Of a stretch of 64,000 nucleotides of DNA, positions 38,705 through 53,661 are shown piece after piece. The notes beneath the pieces are model-generated. The model was not told where the DNA came from, did no database searches, and saw only the letters and a list, made by a program, of their open reading frames with translations. The DNA lies in NCBI GenBank assembly GCA_964016885.1, contig OZ024747.1, positions 8,184,001 to 8,248,000 on the forward strand, read 5' to 3'. Numbering within the stretch: the first letter of the stretch is position 1; the number at the start of each line of letters is the position of its first letter. Made by a program: the position numbers and the translations under genes. This DNA comes from Eledone cirrhosa. Lineage: Eukaryota.

Positions 38705-39074
38705 AGATATAAAAAATGACAAACGTAGAGGTAGTATAAAGATAAAGTCTTAGTTTCACAAAGGTAAATATTCAGGTAACAGTAATATAAAGATGGAATT
38801 TCTCGGACAGTGATTGCTTTCTTAATTAGTTATACCTACTCTGATGACACCAAATAAAGAAATAATAATAAGAAAAATAAAGAAAAATGACCAGAATTGA
38901 TATTAAATTTCTTAAGTCAATGCTCAAGTTGTTATATATGGATACATTTATAAATGAATAATGAAGCTTAAGCAAGGTTTTTCACTATTTTTTTTTTCAT
39001 TTGTGCTTTGTTCATTTTTATGGAAATATGTTAGAAGAATAAAATAACTTAATTTTTCATTTTTGTCTTTTGTA

Positions 39075-39116
<42 letters not shown>

Positions 39117-39303
39117 TGTGTGTGTGTTATTTAGAGTTCTTAAAATACCGAAATATCTATCTATCTATCTACCGTTGCTCCTCCTCCTCTCTCTCTCCCT
39201 CTCTCTCTATATATATATAGGAAAAGAGTCCCCGCTCTACTACCCTAGTATTGAGTACTTTGGTGCGTTAGGGTCCACCTGGTTTTTTACCACACTTTCT
39301 TTG

Positions 39304-39365
<62 letters not shown>

Positions 39366-39444
39366 TAACAGATTAAAGTTTAAGCAAAGAATCGAGCCCT
39401 CTTTGGATTTTAGTCTTCAAATTTATTATTATTACTATATATAT

Positions 39445-39633
39445 AGGAAAAAGTATGACCTCGACGGCAGAGCTCAAGCTGTTTCGACGGCTATTTATGT
39501 CCAGAAATAGCCGTCGAAAAGGCTTGAGCTCTGCTGTCGGGGTCATACTTTTTCCTATTACCCACTCTACTACCCTAAGTATTGAGTACTCTGGGCGTTA
39601 TGGTCCATCTGGTTCCTTACCACACCTACTTCG

Positions 39634-39636
<3 letters not shown>
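39445..39636 (+). mobile_element. Family A fold-back element (another fragment at 39232-39305)
   Basis: Inverted arms plus extension between TA tracts. Confidence 0.8.
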
Positions 39637-39680
<44 letters not shown>

Positions 39681-39765
39681 TATAATATATATATATATAT
39701 TGAAATATATATCACAGCATTATTATTAAAGGACTTGAACATCTGAAACTACTTCGCTTTTCCTT

Positions 39766-39824
<59 letters not shown>

Positions 39825-40019
39825 TTATATATATATATATATATATATTAAAATAACAGATTAAAGTTTAAGCAAAGAATCGCTGCTTTCACCCTTAACG
39901 GGATAAATATATATTTGATATATATTTGATATATATTTGATATATATAAATATATATTTGATATATATTTATCCTTATCGAGCCCTCTTTGGATTTTAGT
40001 CTTCAAATTTATTATTATT

Positions 40020-40078
<59 letters not shown>

Positions 40079-40344
40079 AATGAAGATATATATTACAACA
40101 CCGCTATTCTTACTATTTTTGTAAAGTTTCTGGGGGGAGAGGATCTAGTCCCTGTATCCTGTCGCTTCTTCGTGGTCCCTGTGTAAGAAGTTGTGTTAAA
40201 CCCTTCAACCAACAATATAGAATTCCCCCCTCACTTGCCCCTACTGTTTTCATTTTTTTTTTCTCTCTCCCTACTTTTAATTCTCTCGTTCTGGTTATTA
40301 TTTTAATCACTTTAAATAAAAAATGAAAAAAAAAAAACAACTTT

Positions 40345-40545
40345 CGTTAGTGGCAAAATCGGTGGAGCGTCGATCAAAATACTTTGATGTATTTAGTTAC
40401 AAATTTCTACGTCCTGAGTTCAAATCTCGTAGGGGTCAACTTTGCCGTTCATTCTCGCAGGGGTCGATAAAATAAAGTACTGATTAAGTATTAGTGTCGA
40501 TATAACAGACTTCCCCCAAAATTGCTGGCCTTGTGCCAACATTAA
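40345..40545 (+). mobile_element. S1-related SINE (older)
   Basis: tggcaaaatcgg...gagttcaaatc...ggggtcgataaaataaagtac...gctggccttgtgcc. Confidence 0.75.
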
Positions 40546-40967
40546 AAAGTATTACTGTGTACTTGTGTTCATTAATAAATAACAAGTATATATAACTTAC
40601 TTGTATAGTTGTATATATTGGTAGAGCTGAACAGTTGTATAATCCATGTCTCCTGCACGATATACGGACTACCACTGTACACTGTTGTTATGTGTGTGCA
40701 ATTATAAACTGTATTCTCTCTAAATCACTGGCTAAGCTCAGCCATCTCTCTCTTTCATTCCCTCCCATATATTCTTTCGCTCTCTCTCTTTCTCTCCTCA
40801 TTTCTCGTCTCCATCCTTTCTCTTTCTACCTTTTACTCGCTTACTTCTCTCTCTCTCTCTCTTCTTACTCGCTTATTTTCTCTCTCTATTTCTCTCTATA
40901 TATATTTCTCTCTCTCTCTCTCCTTACATGCTTGCATTTCTCTCAGTTCTAGCTTACTTCATCATCA

Positions 40968-41049
<82 letters not shown>

Positions 41050-41175
41050 CTTCCCTTTCTCTTCTTTTCCTCACTCTCTCTCGCCTACTTTTCTCACATT
41101 TCTAGCTTACTTCATCATTTCCTCTCTCTCTCTCTCCTTTACTCGGTTATTTTTCTCTCACTCTTAGCTCACGCT

Positions 41176-41212
<37 letters not shown>

Positions 41213-42020
41213 ATCTATCTCATTTCTCGTCTGCTACACTTCTATCTGCCTTTCTCTCCATGTGCTTCTTCAGACGATATGCTGATGCCGATATGTTTTT
41301 ACAGCTTCTGTAGATGTGTCCGAATTTATAGCTAAATGTTCTTTGTTAAACATGTATCTTGACCACACACACACACACACACATGTATAAATATATCTAT
41401 ATATGTATATATATACATACATATAAGTGTTACTGTGTGTGTATGTGTGTTTTTGACTGTGTGTAAGTATGTATCTCTCTCTCCCCCTCTGTGTGTGTGT
41501 GTGTGTGTGTAAATATAGAAACATTGTATGTATCGTATGCACACACACACAGACACACATATATATATATATAGTTATTTGCTATTAAGTTTGTCACACA
41601 TCCCAAATGTCTTTTAAGAGACGTTCCAATCAAAGCTGTATATATGCCCAGAGGTATAGCAAAGTATATTCTGATCTATAGTACTATGACTATTGAACCC
41701 CCTCCAATAAATATTCTCTTTCACCTCTAATAGATATACTTTTACTCTTTTACCTGTTCAAAGTCGTCTGGCTGAGGCCATGTTACATGATCTATAGCCG
41801 TGAGCTTACTGTGGTCAGCATTTAGTCTGGCTTTGTGCATTATTAGGTGACTTGGGGTCAAATGTGACTTTCCTTTGAAAGTCGTGTTTGACCTCAACTA
41901 CTGAAGATAAAATCATTCCATCCACTTCCAAAATTATGCATTTTTATGCAATTTGGTTAAATTCAGCATGAGAGATACATACGTTGCATTCCCAAACATC
42001 TGTCACCTATAGATAGAAGG

Positions 42021-42076
<56 letters not shown>

Positions 42077-42270
42077 ACAGGGAGAAAGAGACGATAATGA
42101 GGAAGAAAAATATTTTTTTTTCCTTTTTTGTTTCTCTCTCTCTCTTTTCTGGGTTAGAAAATGATTAAAACGAAATGTTTTACTTTGTGTGAAGTGTTAA
42201 GGTATTAGTTGATTTATTTATTATTTAACAATGGCATTTATTTATCTATTTATATATTTAATTATTGTCT

Positions 42271-42306
42271 ATTACCGGTTTCAGCATTTATATGCATTAT
42301 CAAATG
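42271..42306 (-). ncRNA. Minimal hammerhead-like motif (U3:A8 variant)
   Basis: Minus strand reads cat-TTGATAA-t-gca-tataaa-tgc-t-GAAA-CCGG-TA-at. Confidence 0.4.
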
Positions 42307-42310
42307 ATAG

Positions 42311-42470
42311 TTGTTTCTACTTTAGGCACAAGGCCAGCAATTAACCAGTGCATTACTGGTACTTTATTTTATCGACCCCGTAAGGATGAAAGGCAAAGTC
42401 AACCTCGGCGGGATTTGAACTCAGATCGTAAAGGGACGTAACTATGCTGGAAAGCATGGCGTCCGACCCT
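42311..42470 (-). mobile_element. S1 SINE (5'-truncated)
   Basis: Near-identical to 21054-21241. Confidence 0.9.
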
Positions 42471-42674
42471 TGTGGTGTCGCACATGTTAAACAGAAGGTG
42501 CAGAAAGAATAATGTTATATACAAACAAGGTTTAAGAAGTGAAAATAAAAAAGAAAAAAGAAAAAAGAAAAAAGAAAAAAAGAAAAAAGAAAAAAGAAAA
42601 AAGAAAAAAGAAAAAAGAAAAAAGAAAAAGGAAATATATATATATATTTATATATATATTTATATTTATATATA

Positions 42675-42741
<67 letters not shown>

Positions 42742-42752
42742 ATTTTTATATA

Positions 42753-42847
<95 letters not shown>

Positions 42848-42909
42848 ATATAAATATATATATAAATATATATATATATAAATATATATATAAATATATA
42901 TATATATAA

Positions 42910-43001
<92 letters not shown>

Positions 43002-43026
43002 ATATTTATATATATATTTATATATT

Positions 43027-43057
<31 letters not shown>

Positions 43058-43402
43058 TTATTAAAATAACAGATTAAAGTTTAAGTAAAGAATCGCTGCT
43101 TTCACCCTTAACGGGATCTTCTGAAACTAACAAAGTCAATCTGTGAACGCAGAAGTGGATATTTCAAAAAACGTTGCAACCGGAGGAAGACAGGAAGACG
43201 ATACTTTGGTTCGTGGTAACGTTCCCTGGCAAAGAACGGGAAAAAACGAATATAATACGTCATTAATAGGAGCGGTGAAAAACAATTACACGCAAAGACA
43301 GAACCATGTTTATGGTATAAAAGAGGTCGTAGACTAATGTTCTCTTAGGTGGTTCATAGAGACGTTCTCTGGCAATGAACGGGAAAAAACGAAGATAATA
43401 CG

Positions 43403-43472
<70 letters not shown>

Positions 43473-43477
43473 TTATA

Positions 43478-43630
43478 TTGTTATACTTGGGGAGGGTCAT
43501 ATTTGTGTAATATTGCCAGAATTAATAACAGAACAGACTCATAAATATAACCCTCCCCAAGTATAACAATATTTGTTTCGACACACGATTTCATATAAAA
43601 AACCTTGCAAAACTAATTCATCGCCGTTAT
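43478..43630. mobile_element. Family B fold-back element (second copy at 47552-47671)
   Basis: attgttatacttggggagggt... inverted against ...accctccccaagtataacaat, plus an extension; TA on both sides. Confidence 0.7.
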
Positions 43631-43818
43631 ATATTTATATATATTTATATATTTATATATATAATGATTGTTTAAGCATCGTCTCAGTGTGTTGGTATTA
43701 AACGTTAGTTATAGCTCTGGTTCAACCGAACCATTGAGCACTTTGCCGCACATTTCGAAGATTGTTTTTCGTTATTTCGTGGGCCGAAGTTCCGATTCTC
43801 GATAATTTTATTTGTATA

Positions 43819-43897
<79 letters not shown>

Positions 43898-43898
43898 T

Positions 43899-43929
<31 letters not shown>

Positions 43930-44024
43930 TTATATATATATATATATATATCTATCTAAGGCGGGTAAAATTCCCGCGATCCATGGACGAGTTCTCTCCA
44001 GCGGTCTCTGTCCCTCATTATCGC

Positions 44025-44074
<50 letters not shown>

Positions 44075-44077
44075 ATT

Positions 44078-44114
<37 letters not shown>

Positions 44115-44123
44115 TTATATATA

Positions 44124-44166
<43 letters not shown>

Positions 44167-45070
44167 TTATATATATATATATATATTTATAGTATTAAGG
44201 ATACTATTTATGGTTATGTATATACTAAAACTTTTTATAGTTATATATATTTTTAAACCCTAAACAGTGAAAGACAGTAATTTATTACTACCTTATTACC
44301 AGTAAGATAAATAGCTCAATGTAATAACATCAGTTGTTCTACAGAGAAGTTATATAGAATTCACATGAATCAAAGTTCTGTTCAAACCATTTATTAGCTT
44401 ACAATTGTTTCATCTAAACCGAGGTTTGACGTCCTCGGAGCTTATTTCAATGTTTGTTTACATGCATGGCCTCCTTTCCAACACAAGAGACATACAGATA
44501 CATTTATATATATTGAAGCACAGTGGGGTGACATTCATTATATTATTTCTGAATGGCAAATTAAATTCAAAAATTAAAATCATATTAAAACAGAATCAAA
44601 GCAAAATTAAAATTAAAATACAACATCGGCAGTTAACGTAGATAATGCAAGAGGATAGTTTGTTAGTCAGTTGTAGTAGTTATTGCATGCACGCGTGGGG
44701 CATGCACGCGTGTCTTATTTATATATGATTATTGTGCGGCAAGGTGTTATATGCAATACAAGCACTTTAAGCGGGTAATCAAGAGTATTATGGAGGTTGT
44801 AGTGGTAAGGTATTTTTTGTGTATGATAAAGAAGCTTGTGTGTAGAGAAATATTATAAATGAGAAGCAAAATAATGTTATGGTTTTTGTATACACCACCA
44901 TTTTCACAATTCAGGAAACGTAATATATAGTTTATATGTCTTTCACATAATTAACGATGATTCAGTATTGGATGTTTGATGTATTAAGTTAAATTATTAC
45001 AGCTTGTTGCGGCTCAGTGTTCTTTAATCCAATTTTATAGAGCAAGTTGTTTCTGTTGTGAGAATTTACA

Positions 45071-45500
45071 TCTTCAGTGACTGGGGATTCTTTTCTTTGT
45101 TTTTGTGCCTCTCCTTTGTTCTGTCCTACGCCATCTTGTTTTTGTGTGTGTTGTGTGCTTAGTTTGCGCAATCTAAGCACACAACACACACAAAAACAAG
45201 ATGGCGTAGGACAGAACAAAGGAGAGGCACAAAAACAAAGAAAAGAATCCCCAGTCACTGAAGAGGTCACAGAATGTGTGACGAAAGAACTTTGACAATA
45301 TATAAACAATCATCTGGTTGTGGAACCAACCAACCAACCGGAAATTTATAGATTCCTAAATTTATTATAATAAATTGAAGTGAAAGCAACTGGTGCGTGT
45401 GTTTCTTATTGGCAACATGACCCTTCCAAAGTATAACAATATCGGTTTCAACACACGTTTTCAGATAAAGAATCTTGCTAAACAAATTCAGAAACGAAAT
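45071..45500 (+). mobile_element. Family B element with a perfect ~92-bp-arm palindrome (45071-45264)
   Basis: Arms are exact reverse complements around 'tttgcgcaat'; the long arm continues through the hammerhead and extension to (TA)n. Confidence 0.75.
45254..45296 (+). ncRNA. Minimal type-I hammerhead ribozyme-like motif
   Basis: gtca-CTGAAGA-g-gtcaca-gaatg-tgtgac-GAAA-G-AA-C-TT-tgac; stem II covaries with the 17359 copy. Confidence 0.6.
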
Positions 45501-45505
45501 ATATA

Positions 45506-45542
<37 letters not shown>

Positions 45543-45695
45543 AGTAAGAATATTTTCGAAACAGCGAGTGGGTTTGAAATTATTAGAAATGTAAGCTATC
45601 GCTGTATTTTGACTAAAGAAATTAAAGAAATTATTTAGCCTGATAGTGGGGTTAAGAACCCTCGGAGATATGGAAAAAGATGAGTATTGACGTAC

Positions 45696-45749
<54 letters not shown>

Positions 45750-45807
45750 ATTTATATATATATAATTGGAAAATAGTAAAATCGAATCTCTGGCGGTTTG
45801 CAAGTAA

Positions 45808-45847
<40 letters not shown>

Positions 45848-45856
45848 ATATATTTG

Positions 45857-46028
45857 AAAAAAAGGAAAAGAATGACTTCACTTGAAGTTCTAAACAAATT
45901 GATTTAATTTTATCATATTATAATATTATGAGTATCTACCAACTCATAATATCATAGTATTATAATGTTATAAAATTAAATCAATTTGTTTAGAACTACA
46001 AGTGAAGTCATTCTTTTCCTTTTTTTTT
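45857..46028. repeat. ~75-bp inverted repeat adjacent to (TA)n
   Basis: aaaaaaaggaaaagaatgacttcacttg... / ...caagtgaagtcattcttttcctttttt. Confidence 0.85.
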
Positions 46029-46117
46029 AAATATACCTAACTGTACCAAGGAGCTCACACATTGTCCAATATATACCTTCCATATACTGTACTGATTGTG
46101 TTGTTATTTCTCTGTCT

Positions 46118-46234
46118 ACTCTCTTCTGTCACCTGTGTCATAAACCATGCAGATCTACAGCTGGACTATGAAGTTTTATTGGAATAAAACCCTATTATAT
46201 CACTTATCTGTGTTAATCATCCTTTTACCTGTTA

Positions 46235-46284
<50 letters not shown>

Positions 46285-46401
46285 TAACAGGTAAAAGGAT
46301 GATTAACACAGATAAGTGATATAATAGGGTTTTATTCCAATAAAACTTCATAGTCCAGCTGTAGATCTGCATGGTTTATGACACAGGTGACAGAAGAGAG
46401 T
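46118..46401. repeat. Perfect palindrome with ~125-bp arms centred on (TA)n
   Basis: Arms appear identical by eye. Confidence 0.9.
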
Positions 46402-46920
46402 TGTGCTTTCCACAGGACCGGTGGTGTCACCCTGTGGGACATAATCTTTATGTACCACCATGTGTCTTTTTAGTCCTAAACTAGTTCTACACACTTTGTT
46501 GCATATCACGTTGTTTCGCCAGGTCCTTGTAGAGTGGTGTTGCGGGTGGTTATCCTTTTATGTGACTTCAGCCTTTGAGAGGAGTACACGATGACAGAAA
46601 TTGCATGTCTAACTACTGATGACTTCATCAAGACTGTGAGCACAACCCTTCCGGAGCTGACGCTTCAGTTGTTTATGTTCTAAACGACATTCCTAAAAAT
46701 GTTGCAACTGCCCTTTATGCGCTTTCTCCACTCAGCTCTCTTTAGAGCCATCTCCTCCCAGTTTTCTATATCAAATGCCAACTCTTGAGATTGTTCTTGA
46801 TGCTGTCTCCGAACCTCATTTTCGGTTCGTTTTGAGGCCTTTTTCCAAGATGGAGCTAACCATAAAACAGTTGCTGCAAGATCCTCCTTTCTTTGATGTG
46901 GACCATGTTGTTGTTAGTTC
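46402..46920 (-). mobile_element. Decayed RTE (BovB-like) LINE 3' fragment
   Basis: GKRPQNEPKMRFGDSIKNNLKSWH.DIENWEEMA...EWRK...CNFCHR: RTE C-terminus with zinc-finger remnant. Confidence 0.65.
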
Positions 46921-47239
46921 ATATCTTTCAAACATCACAAATATAGTTTCATGTGAAATTATTACTGGTTTATATCTTTACATCTTTACATAATTTAGAA
47001 CAGAATAAACAATAAAGATCTGATATATAATATTTTTATTAACCGAGAGTTTACAAAGACTCCATTTGCTAAAGTTCTGTACAGTTTCCATCTACCAAAT
47101 TCTATCACAAGGCATTGGTCAACCGGAGGCTATGGTAGAAGACACAGTAGGATAAAACAGGAAATCACATGTTGGTAAAGTATGAAAGTATGAACTTCTT
47201 AACCATACAGTCATGCCTGCATCTGCAACCAGGCCTTTG

Positions 47240-47255
47240 CTCATATATATATAAG

Positions 47256-47292
<37 letters not shown>

Positions 47293-47668
47293 TTATATTT
47301 ATATATATATAAGATTATATATATATATATAAGGTTATATTTATATATATATAAGATTATATATATATATATATAAGATTATATATATATATATAAGGTT
47401 ATATTTATATATATATATATATATATATGCTTATATTTATATATATATAAGATTATATATATATATATAAGCTTATATTTATATATATATAAGATTATAT
47501 ATATATATATAAGGTTATATTTATATATATATATATAAGCTTATATATATATATTGTTATACTTTGGGAGGGTCATGTTGCCAATAAGAAACACACGCAC
47601 CAGTATAACAATATTGGTTTCAACACACGATTTCAGATAAAGAATCTTGCTAAACAAATTCAGAAACG

Positions 47669-47701
<33 letters not shown>

Positions 47702-48108
47702 CATATGTATATATATATATATAAACATATATGTATAACCATATATATGTATATATATATATAAATATAAGCTTATATATATATATATATATATAAGTTT
47801 ACATATAGACATATATATATATATGCTTATATTTATATATATATAAGCTTATATTTATATATATATAAGCTTATATATATATATATATATATATATAAGC
47901 TTATATTTATATATATATAAGCTTATATATATATATATATATATAAGCTTATATTTATATATATATAAGCTTATATATATATATAAGCTTATATATATAT
48001 ATATATACATATATATATAAGCTTATATTTATATATATAAGCTTATATATATATATACATATATATATATACATATATATATATAAGCTTATATTTATAT
48101 ATATATAT

Positions 48109-48141
<33 letters not shown>

Positions 48142-48481
48142 TATATATACATATATATATATATATACATATATACATATATATATATATATACAATTTA
48201 TATATACATATACATATATATATATATACATATATATATACATATACATATACATATATATAAACATATACATACATATATACATATATACATACATATA
48301 TATATATATATATACATACATATATATATATACATACATATATATATATACATACATATATATATATACATATATATACATACATATATATACATATATA
48401 TATACATATATATATATACACACATATATATATACACATATATACACATATATATATACACACATATACACATATATATAT

Positions 48482-48573
<92 letters not shown>

Positions 48574-48804
48574 TTATATATATATATGTGTATATATAAA
48601 TAAATGTAATCTGAGTTTTTCGAATATTAATAATAATATTTGATTCGTTTGCAATTATGCAAACAAGCCTCATTTTTAAAGCCATGTCAGTAGAATGAGC
48701 CCCTCATTGCATAATTGCAAACGAATCGAATATTATGATTAATATTCGAAAAACTCAGATTACATTTATTTATATATACACATATATATATATATAAATG
48801 TGTG

Positions 48805-48836
<32 letters not shown>

Positions 48837-48851
48837 TATGTGTGTGAGTGA

Positions 48852-48923
<72 letters not shown>

Positions 48924-48986
48924 GTATGTATATATATATACATATATATATATACATACATATATATATATATACATTTACATTCA

Positions 48987-49027
<41 letters not shown>

Positions 49028-49090
49028 GTATTTATATGTATATATATATACATATAGATACATGTGTGTATATATATATACACACACTCA
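47240..49090. repeat. (TA)-rich compound microsatellite with recurrent 'ataagcttat' units and an inverted repeat at 48589-48780
   Basis: Read directly from the sequence. Confidence 0.9.
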
Positions 49091-49322
49091 CACACAAACA
49101 CAGACACATTGTCTTTGTCCTCTCTTCACAGCCCTGTCAGAGTCAAATAATTAATTGATTCCCCTCTGAAACAATGAATTTATTTTGTGTATCATTGAGT
49201 ATTGATCAGGATATCCCAGATAAATTGACTTGTGTTACCTTCATGTAGATATGACATCAATAGATTCCTAATATATATATATATATATATATACACCAAT
49301 CCTAATATATATATATATATAT

Positions 49323-49537
49323 AGGAACCAGTAAGACCCCGACAGCTGAGCTCAAGCCGTTTCGACGGCTAATTCTGGACTGAATTATGTCCTGAATTCA
49401 TGTCCAGAATTAGCCGTCGAAACGGCTTGAGCTCAGCTGTCGGGGTCTTACTGGTTCCTATTACCCACTCTACTACCCCAAGTATTGAGTACTTTGGTGC
49501 GTTATGGTCCACCTGGTTCCTTACCACATTTCCTTCG

Positions 49538-49540
<3 letters not shown>
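49323..49540 (+). mobile_element. Family A fold-back element (best-preserved copy; further copies at 50951-51008 and 58016-58134)
   Basis: Perfect ~58-bp inverted arms plus ~80-nt extension between (TA)n. Confidence 0.85.
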
Positions 49541-49573
<33 letters not shown>

Positions 49574-49650
49574 GGTGTCCATAAAATCCGCATACAATTT
49601 AAAAGCTACAAGTGTGTGTGTGTGTGTGTATGTATATGTATAGATATATA

Positions 49651-49810
49651 TTTAAATAATTTTGAAAACCATACAATGCACTAGAAAATTTAAAATGTCA
49701 AGGTAACAATGGAATCTTACCTGATTAAATTTGCTAAGGTAAGATTTTATTGTTATCTTAACAATTTTAATTTTCTAGTGCATTGTATGGTTTTCAAAAT
49801 AATTTAAATT
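49651..49810. repeat. ~70-bp imperfect inverted repeat
   Basis: ttttgaaaaccatacaatgcactagaaaatt / aattttctagtgcattgtatggttttcaaaa. Confidence 0.8.
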
Positions 49811-49830
49811 TGTTTCAAGCAAACTACAAC

Positions 49831-49883
<53 letters not shown>

Positions 49884-50074
49884 GTATAAATCTAAGTTTT
49901 AGCTGCTGCACACAAGTACTATTTGATTTGTATGAGGCAAATATGATATATATAATATATATACTATCTATCATTCTACATCAGTTTTGCCATGAGCTCT
50001 GACGAGTCTTTCCATCACAGCCTTCCTCCACCATCACAGCCTTCCTCCACCATCACTTTGATCAATTTAAATAT

Positions 50075-50160
50075 TTTGATCTTCCATCATACACATCACA
50101 TGTCTATATAAGGGCAGTCTTCTCTCTTGCACACTAGATCGGATTTCTCTTGTACCCAGC
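50075..50160 (-). mobile_element. Short RTE fragment
   Basis: LGTREIRSSVQERRLPLYRHVMCMMED. Confidence 0.6.
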
Positions 50161-50322
50161 CACATACACACACATACACACACATCCATACACACACACA
50201 TCCACACACACCCAGCCTCACACATACACACACTGACACACATATACAGCCACTCATATACGCATACTGACACACACATAACCACACACACAGTGAATTT
50301 ATATACAGGTGATTTGTGATAC

Positions 50323-50359
<37 letters not shown>

Positions 50360-50396
50360 GTAGTACTCCTACTACTACTAATACAACTACTGCTAC

Positions 50397-50436
<40 letters not shown>

Positions 50437-50892
50437 GTTATTGTAATTACTTTCCTTACTATTATCATTATCATTTTATAATCCTGTACTGTCCTTAATG
50501 TCTACTTTATGTAAACCCTTGTGGTTAATAAAGAAAGCATTATCATTTTTATAATTACATATGTACACATATATATGTGTGTGTGAGCGAGAGAGTGTGA
50601 ATGTGTTAGAGTGTATAAGTGTGTGTATGTGTGTGTTAGAGTGTATAAGTGTGTGTGGCTATATAATGATCAGTAAAGTATAAGATTCATCAGAAAAAGT
50701 CATTAGAATTTTTCACACACATATATATATATATATGTGTGTATGTGTATACATAAATATATATACATAAATAAATATATATACATATACACATGTGTAT
50801 GTGTACATAAATATATATACATATATACATATATGTGTGTGAGTGTGTATATGTATATTTATATACATATATATGCATACATATATACACAA

Positions 50893-50953
<61 letters not shown>

Positions 50954-51925
50954 AACAAGTATGACCCCAACGGCAGAGCTCAAGCCGTTTCGATGGCTAT
51001 TTCTGGACGCACTCATATACATTTATGCATACATATTTATACACACAGATGCACACACACACAGACACGCACATATATATATACACACACACACACACAT
51101 ACATATATATATGTGTATATATACCATAATATTAAAGACTATACTAATACGGGATGCTTGTTTACAAACACACCGAGCATTATAATAAATGTTCGGTGAA
51201 TCCATACGTACATATATATATGTGTGCATGTATATATATATATATATATATACATACTGCTGTACGTCTGTATATATATATGTATGTACGTGTACATACT
51301 TATATTAAAGACTATAATTATCCTATAAGCCAGAAGGGAGACTAAAATTCCACCTTGTTTTTGTTGTAGCTGTAGCCATAGTTCCAGAGAGCAATTCCTT
51401 TGCAACAGAAATGGTTTATGGTATTAAAGGAATCCTTACTCTTCTCATCTAGTGATGGAATTTTGTTGTACATCTCTTCAATGTGATGGCATTGAAAATC
51501 CAACCCCATTCTTATCACGGTAATTACTGCTATCACACAGTAAAATATCTTTTCATAGGAAATTCTATTGGTTCATTAAAACTTTAAGCTCATCAACACA
51601 AATTATGTGGCTTAAGATTTTTTTTCTTAAGATCCTACAGAATTGTTTAATTTTTAGTTTTAATATTTTTGCTTCCTCTCTCTCAGCCCCCCCCCCCCCC
51701 CCCACACACATACATACTCTCTCTCTCCCACACAGTCCCATACACATTCTCTTTCACTCCCATACACATACTCTCTCTCTCACTCCCACGCACATACTCT
51801 TTCTCCCCCCCCCCACCCACACACACACATACTCTCTCTATTTTTTTCTATCTACTTTTCAATTTTATTTTTTAGCTTAAATGAATTTTTTTTAATTAAA
51901 AAGATAAAAAAGCATTTAATCTCAT

Positions 51926-52648
51926 TACTTGAATTGTCGTACTCAAATCTATGTACTTCAAATCATTAATTCCAATCTTGGTACCTGAGTTGTCGTACTC
52001 AAATCTATGTACTTCAAATCATTAATTCCAATCTTGGTACTTGAGTTGTCGTACTCAAATCTATGTACTTCAAATCATTAATTTCAATCTTGGTACTTGA
52101 GTTGTCGTACTCAAATCTATGTACTTCAAATCATTAATTCCAATCTTGGTACTTGAGTTGTCGTACTCAAATCTATGTACTTCAAATCATTAATTCCAAT
52201 CTTGGTACTTGAGTTGTCGTACTCAAATCTATGTACTTCAAATCATTAATTTCAATCTTGGTACTTGAGTTGTCGTACTCAAATCTATGTACTTCAAATC
52301 ATTAATTCCAATGTTGGTACTTGAGTTGTCGTAATCAAATCTATGTACTTCAAATCATTAATTCCAATCTTGGTACTTGAATTGTCGTACTCAAATCTAT
52401 GCACTTCAAATCATTAATTCCAATGTTGGTACTTGATTTGTCGTACTCAAATCTATGTACTTCAAATCATTAATTCCAATCTTGGTACTTGAATTGTCGT
52501 ACTCAAATCTACGTACTTCAAATCATTAATTCCAATGTTGGTACTTGAATTGTCGTACTCAAATCTACGTACTTCAAATCATTAATTCCAATGTTGGTAC
52601 TTGAATTGTTGTACTCAAATCTATGAACTTCAAATCATTAATTCCAAT
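51926..52648. repeat. 56-bp minisatellite, ~13 copies
   Basis: Unit ttgtcgtactcaaatctatgtacttcaaatcattaattccaatcttggtacttgag. Confidence 0.95.
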
Positions 52649-53594
52649 CAGATCCAATTAATTTCTTTCACTTCACCCCCCTCTCTTTCTCTCTTCCCTT
52701 TGGAGTTGGTTTTATTTTGATTTTTTTTGGGGGGGGGGGGGGGTTCGTTGCTACTTTATTTATTATTTTTTTTTTTTTAAATCACTTTTTTAAATTATTA
52801 TATTGTTTATATTTTTGATTTAAAAAAATTTAATTTCTGTCTTTTCAGCAATCTTTTGAAGACTTAATTTCAGTCCAAAAAACTATGTATTGTTCTAATA
52901 TTCGTTCTTCCTCTCCAATGCACTTCTCAGAGACAGACAATTCCTCTACTTAAAATATTTCACAGAATAAATAAATAATTACAAAAATAAAAGTAAAAAC
53001 TACAAGAAGGGAGAAAAATAAAACGAAAAAAAAAATTGTGCTCTTAAAATATTTTTTTTTTAGTTTTTTTCCATTAAGTGAAAACTGAAAAATTTCTACA
53101 TTTAATCAACATTTACTACAAATTTTTTGATTAATTTTTCTTTCTTTGTCTTTTGTAGTTTAGGGACTGGCTTATGGCCTGAAGTCCAGCTATAAATGAT
53201 ATGGAACAAAATCTGATACAGGAAACAAAAACAAAAACAAAAACAAAAATAAAAACAAAAATCCAACAAACCCAGAGCAGTAGTAGCAGTAGTAGCAGTA
53301 GTAGGTTTGTTTGCCAGTCAGTCTAGCATTCAACCACAAATGCAAACTAGTTCAGTCACTGCCATAGTTGATTGAGAGTAGTGCATCATCGTTATTAATT
53401 GACATACTTAACTTGTCAAAAAAATGAACAGCTTTGATGTTAAAAGGACAGTATTTGATTCACTGTGGCATTTTTACAATTTTTTCCCCCAAGACTTCCA
53501 TTTAGTAGTGTTTGACACTTTTATGGAGTTGGTTTAGTTTGAAGGTTTTTCACTTTAGTAATTTCACAAACAGTCTTCATATGGCTTTCATCTT

Positions 53595-53661
53595 TTAGTC
53601 TTTGGTGCTTTCAAATAATTTCTTTATTCTTTGTTCCAAGAAATGCCAGAACATGTTAGCC
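53595..53661 (-). CDS. Candidate terminal coding exon of an unidentified host gene (ANMFWHFLEQRIKKLFESTKD*)
   Basis: Minus-strand acceptor 'ccttattctcttttcag', an open frame to TAA, then ~0.9 kb of non-repetitive AT-rich UTR-like sequence. Confidence 0.3.

Noticed and set aside
38841-38868. CTGATGA...GAAA as a hammerhead
   Set aside because: No stem II or stem I pairing; likely chance.
44989-45309. Mirror-image ORFs on both strands
   Set aside because: A consequence of the DNA palindrome, not evidence of coding.
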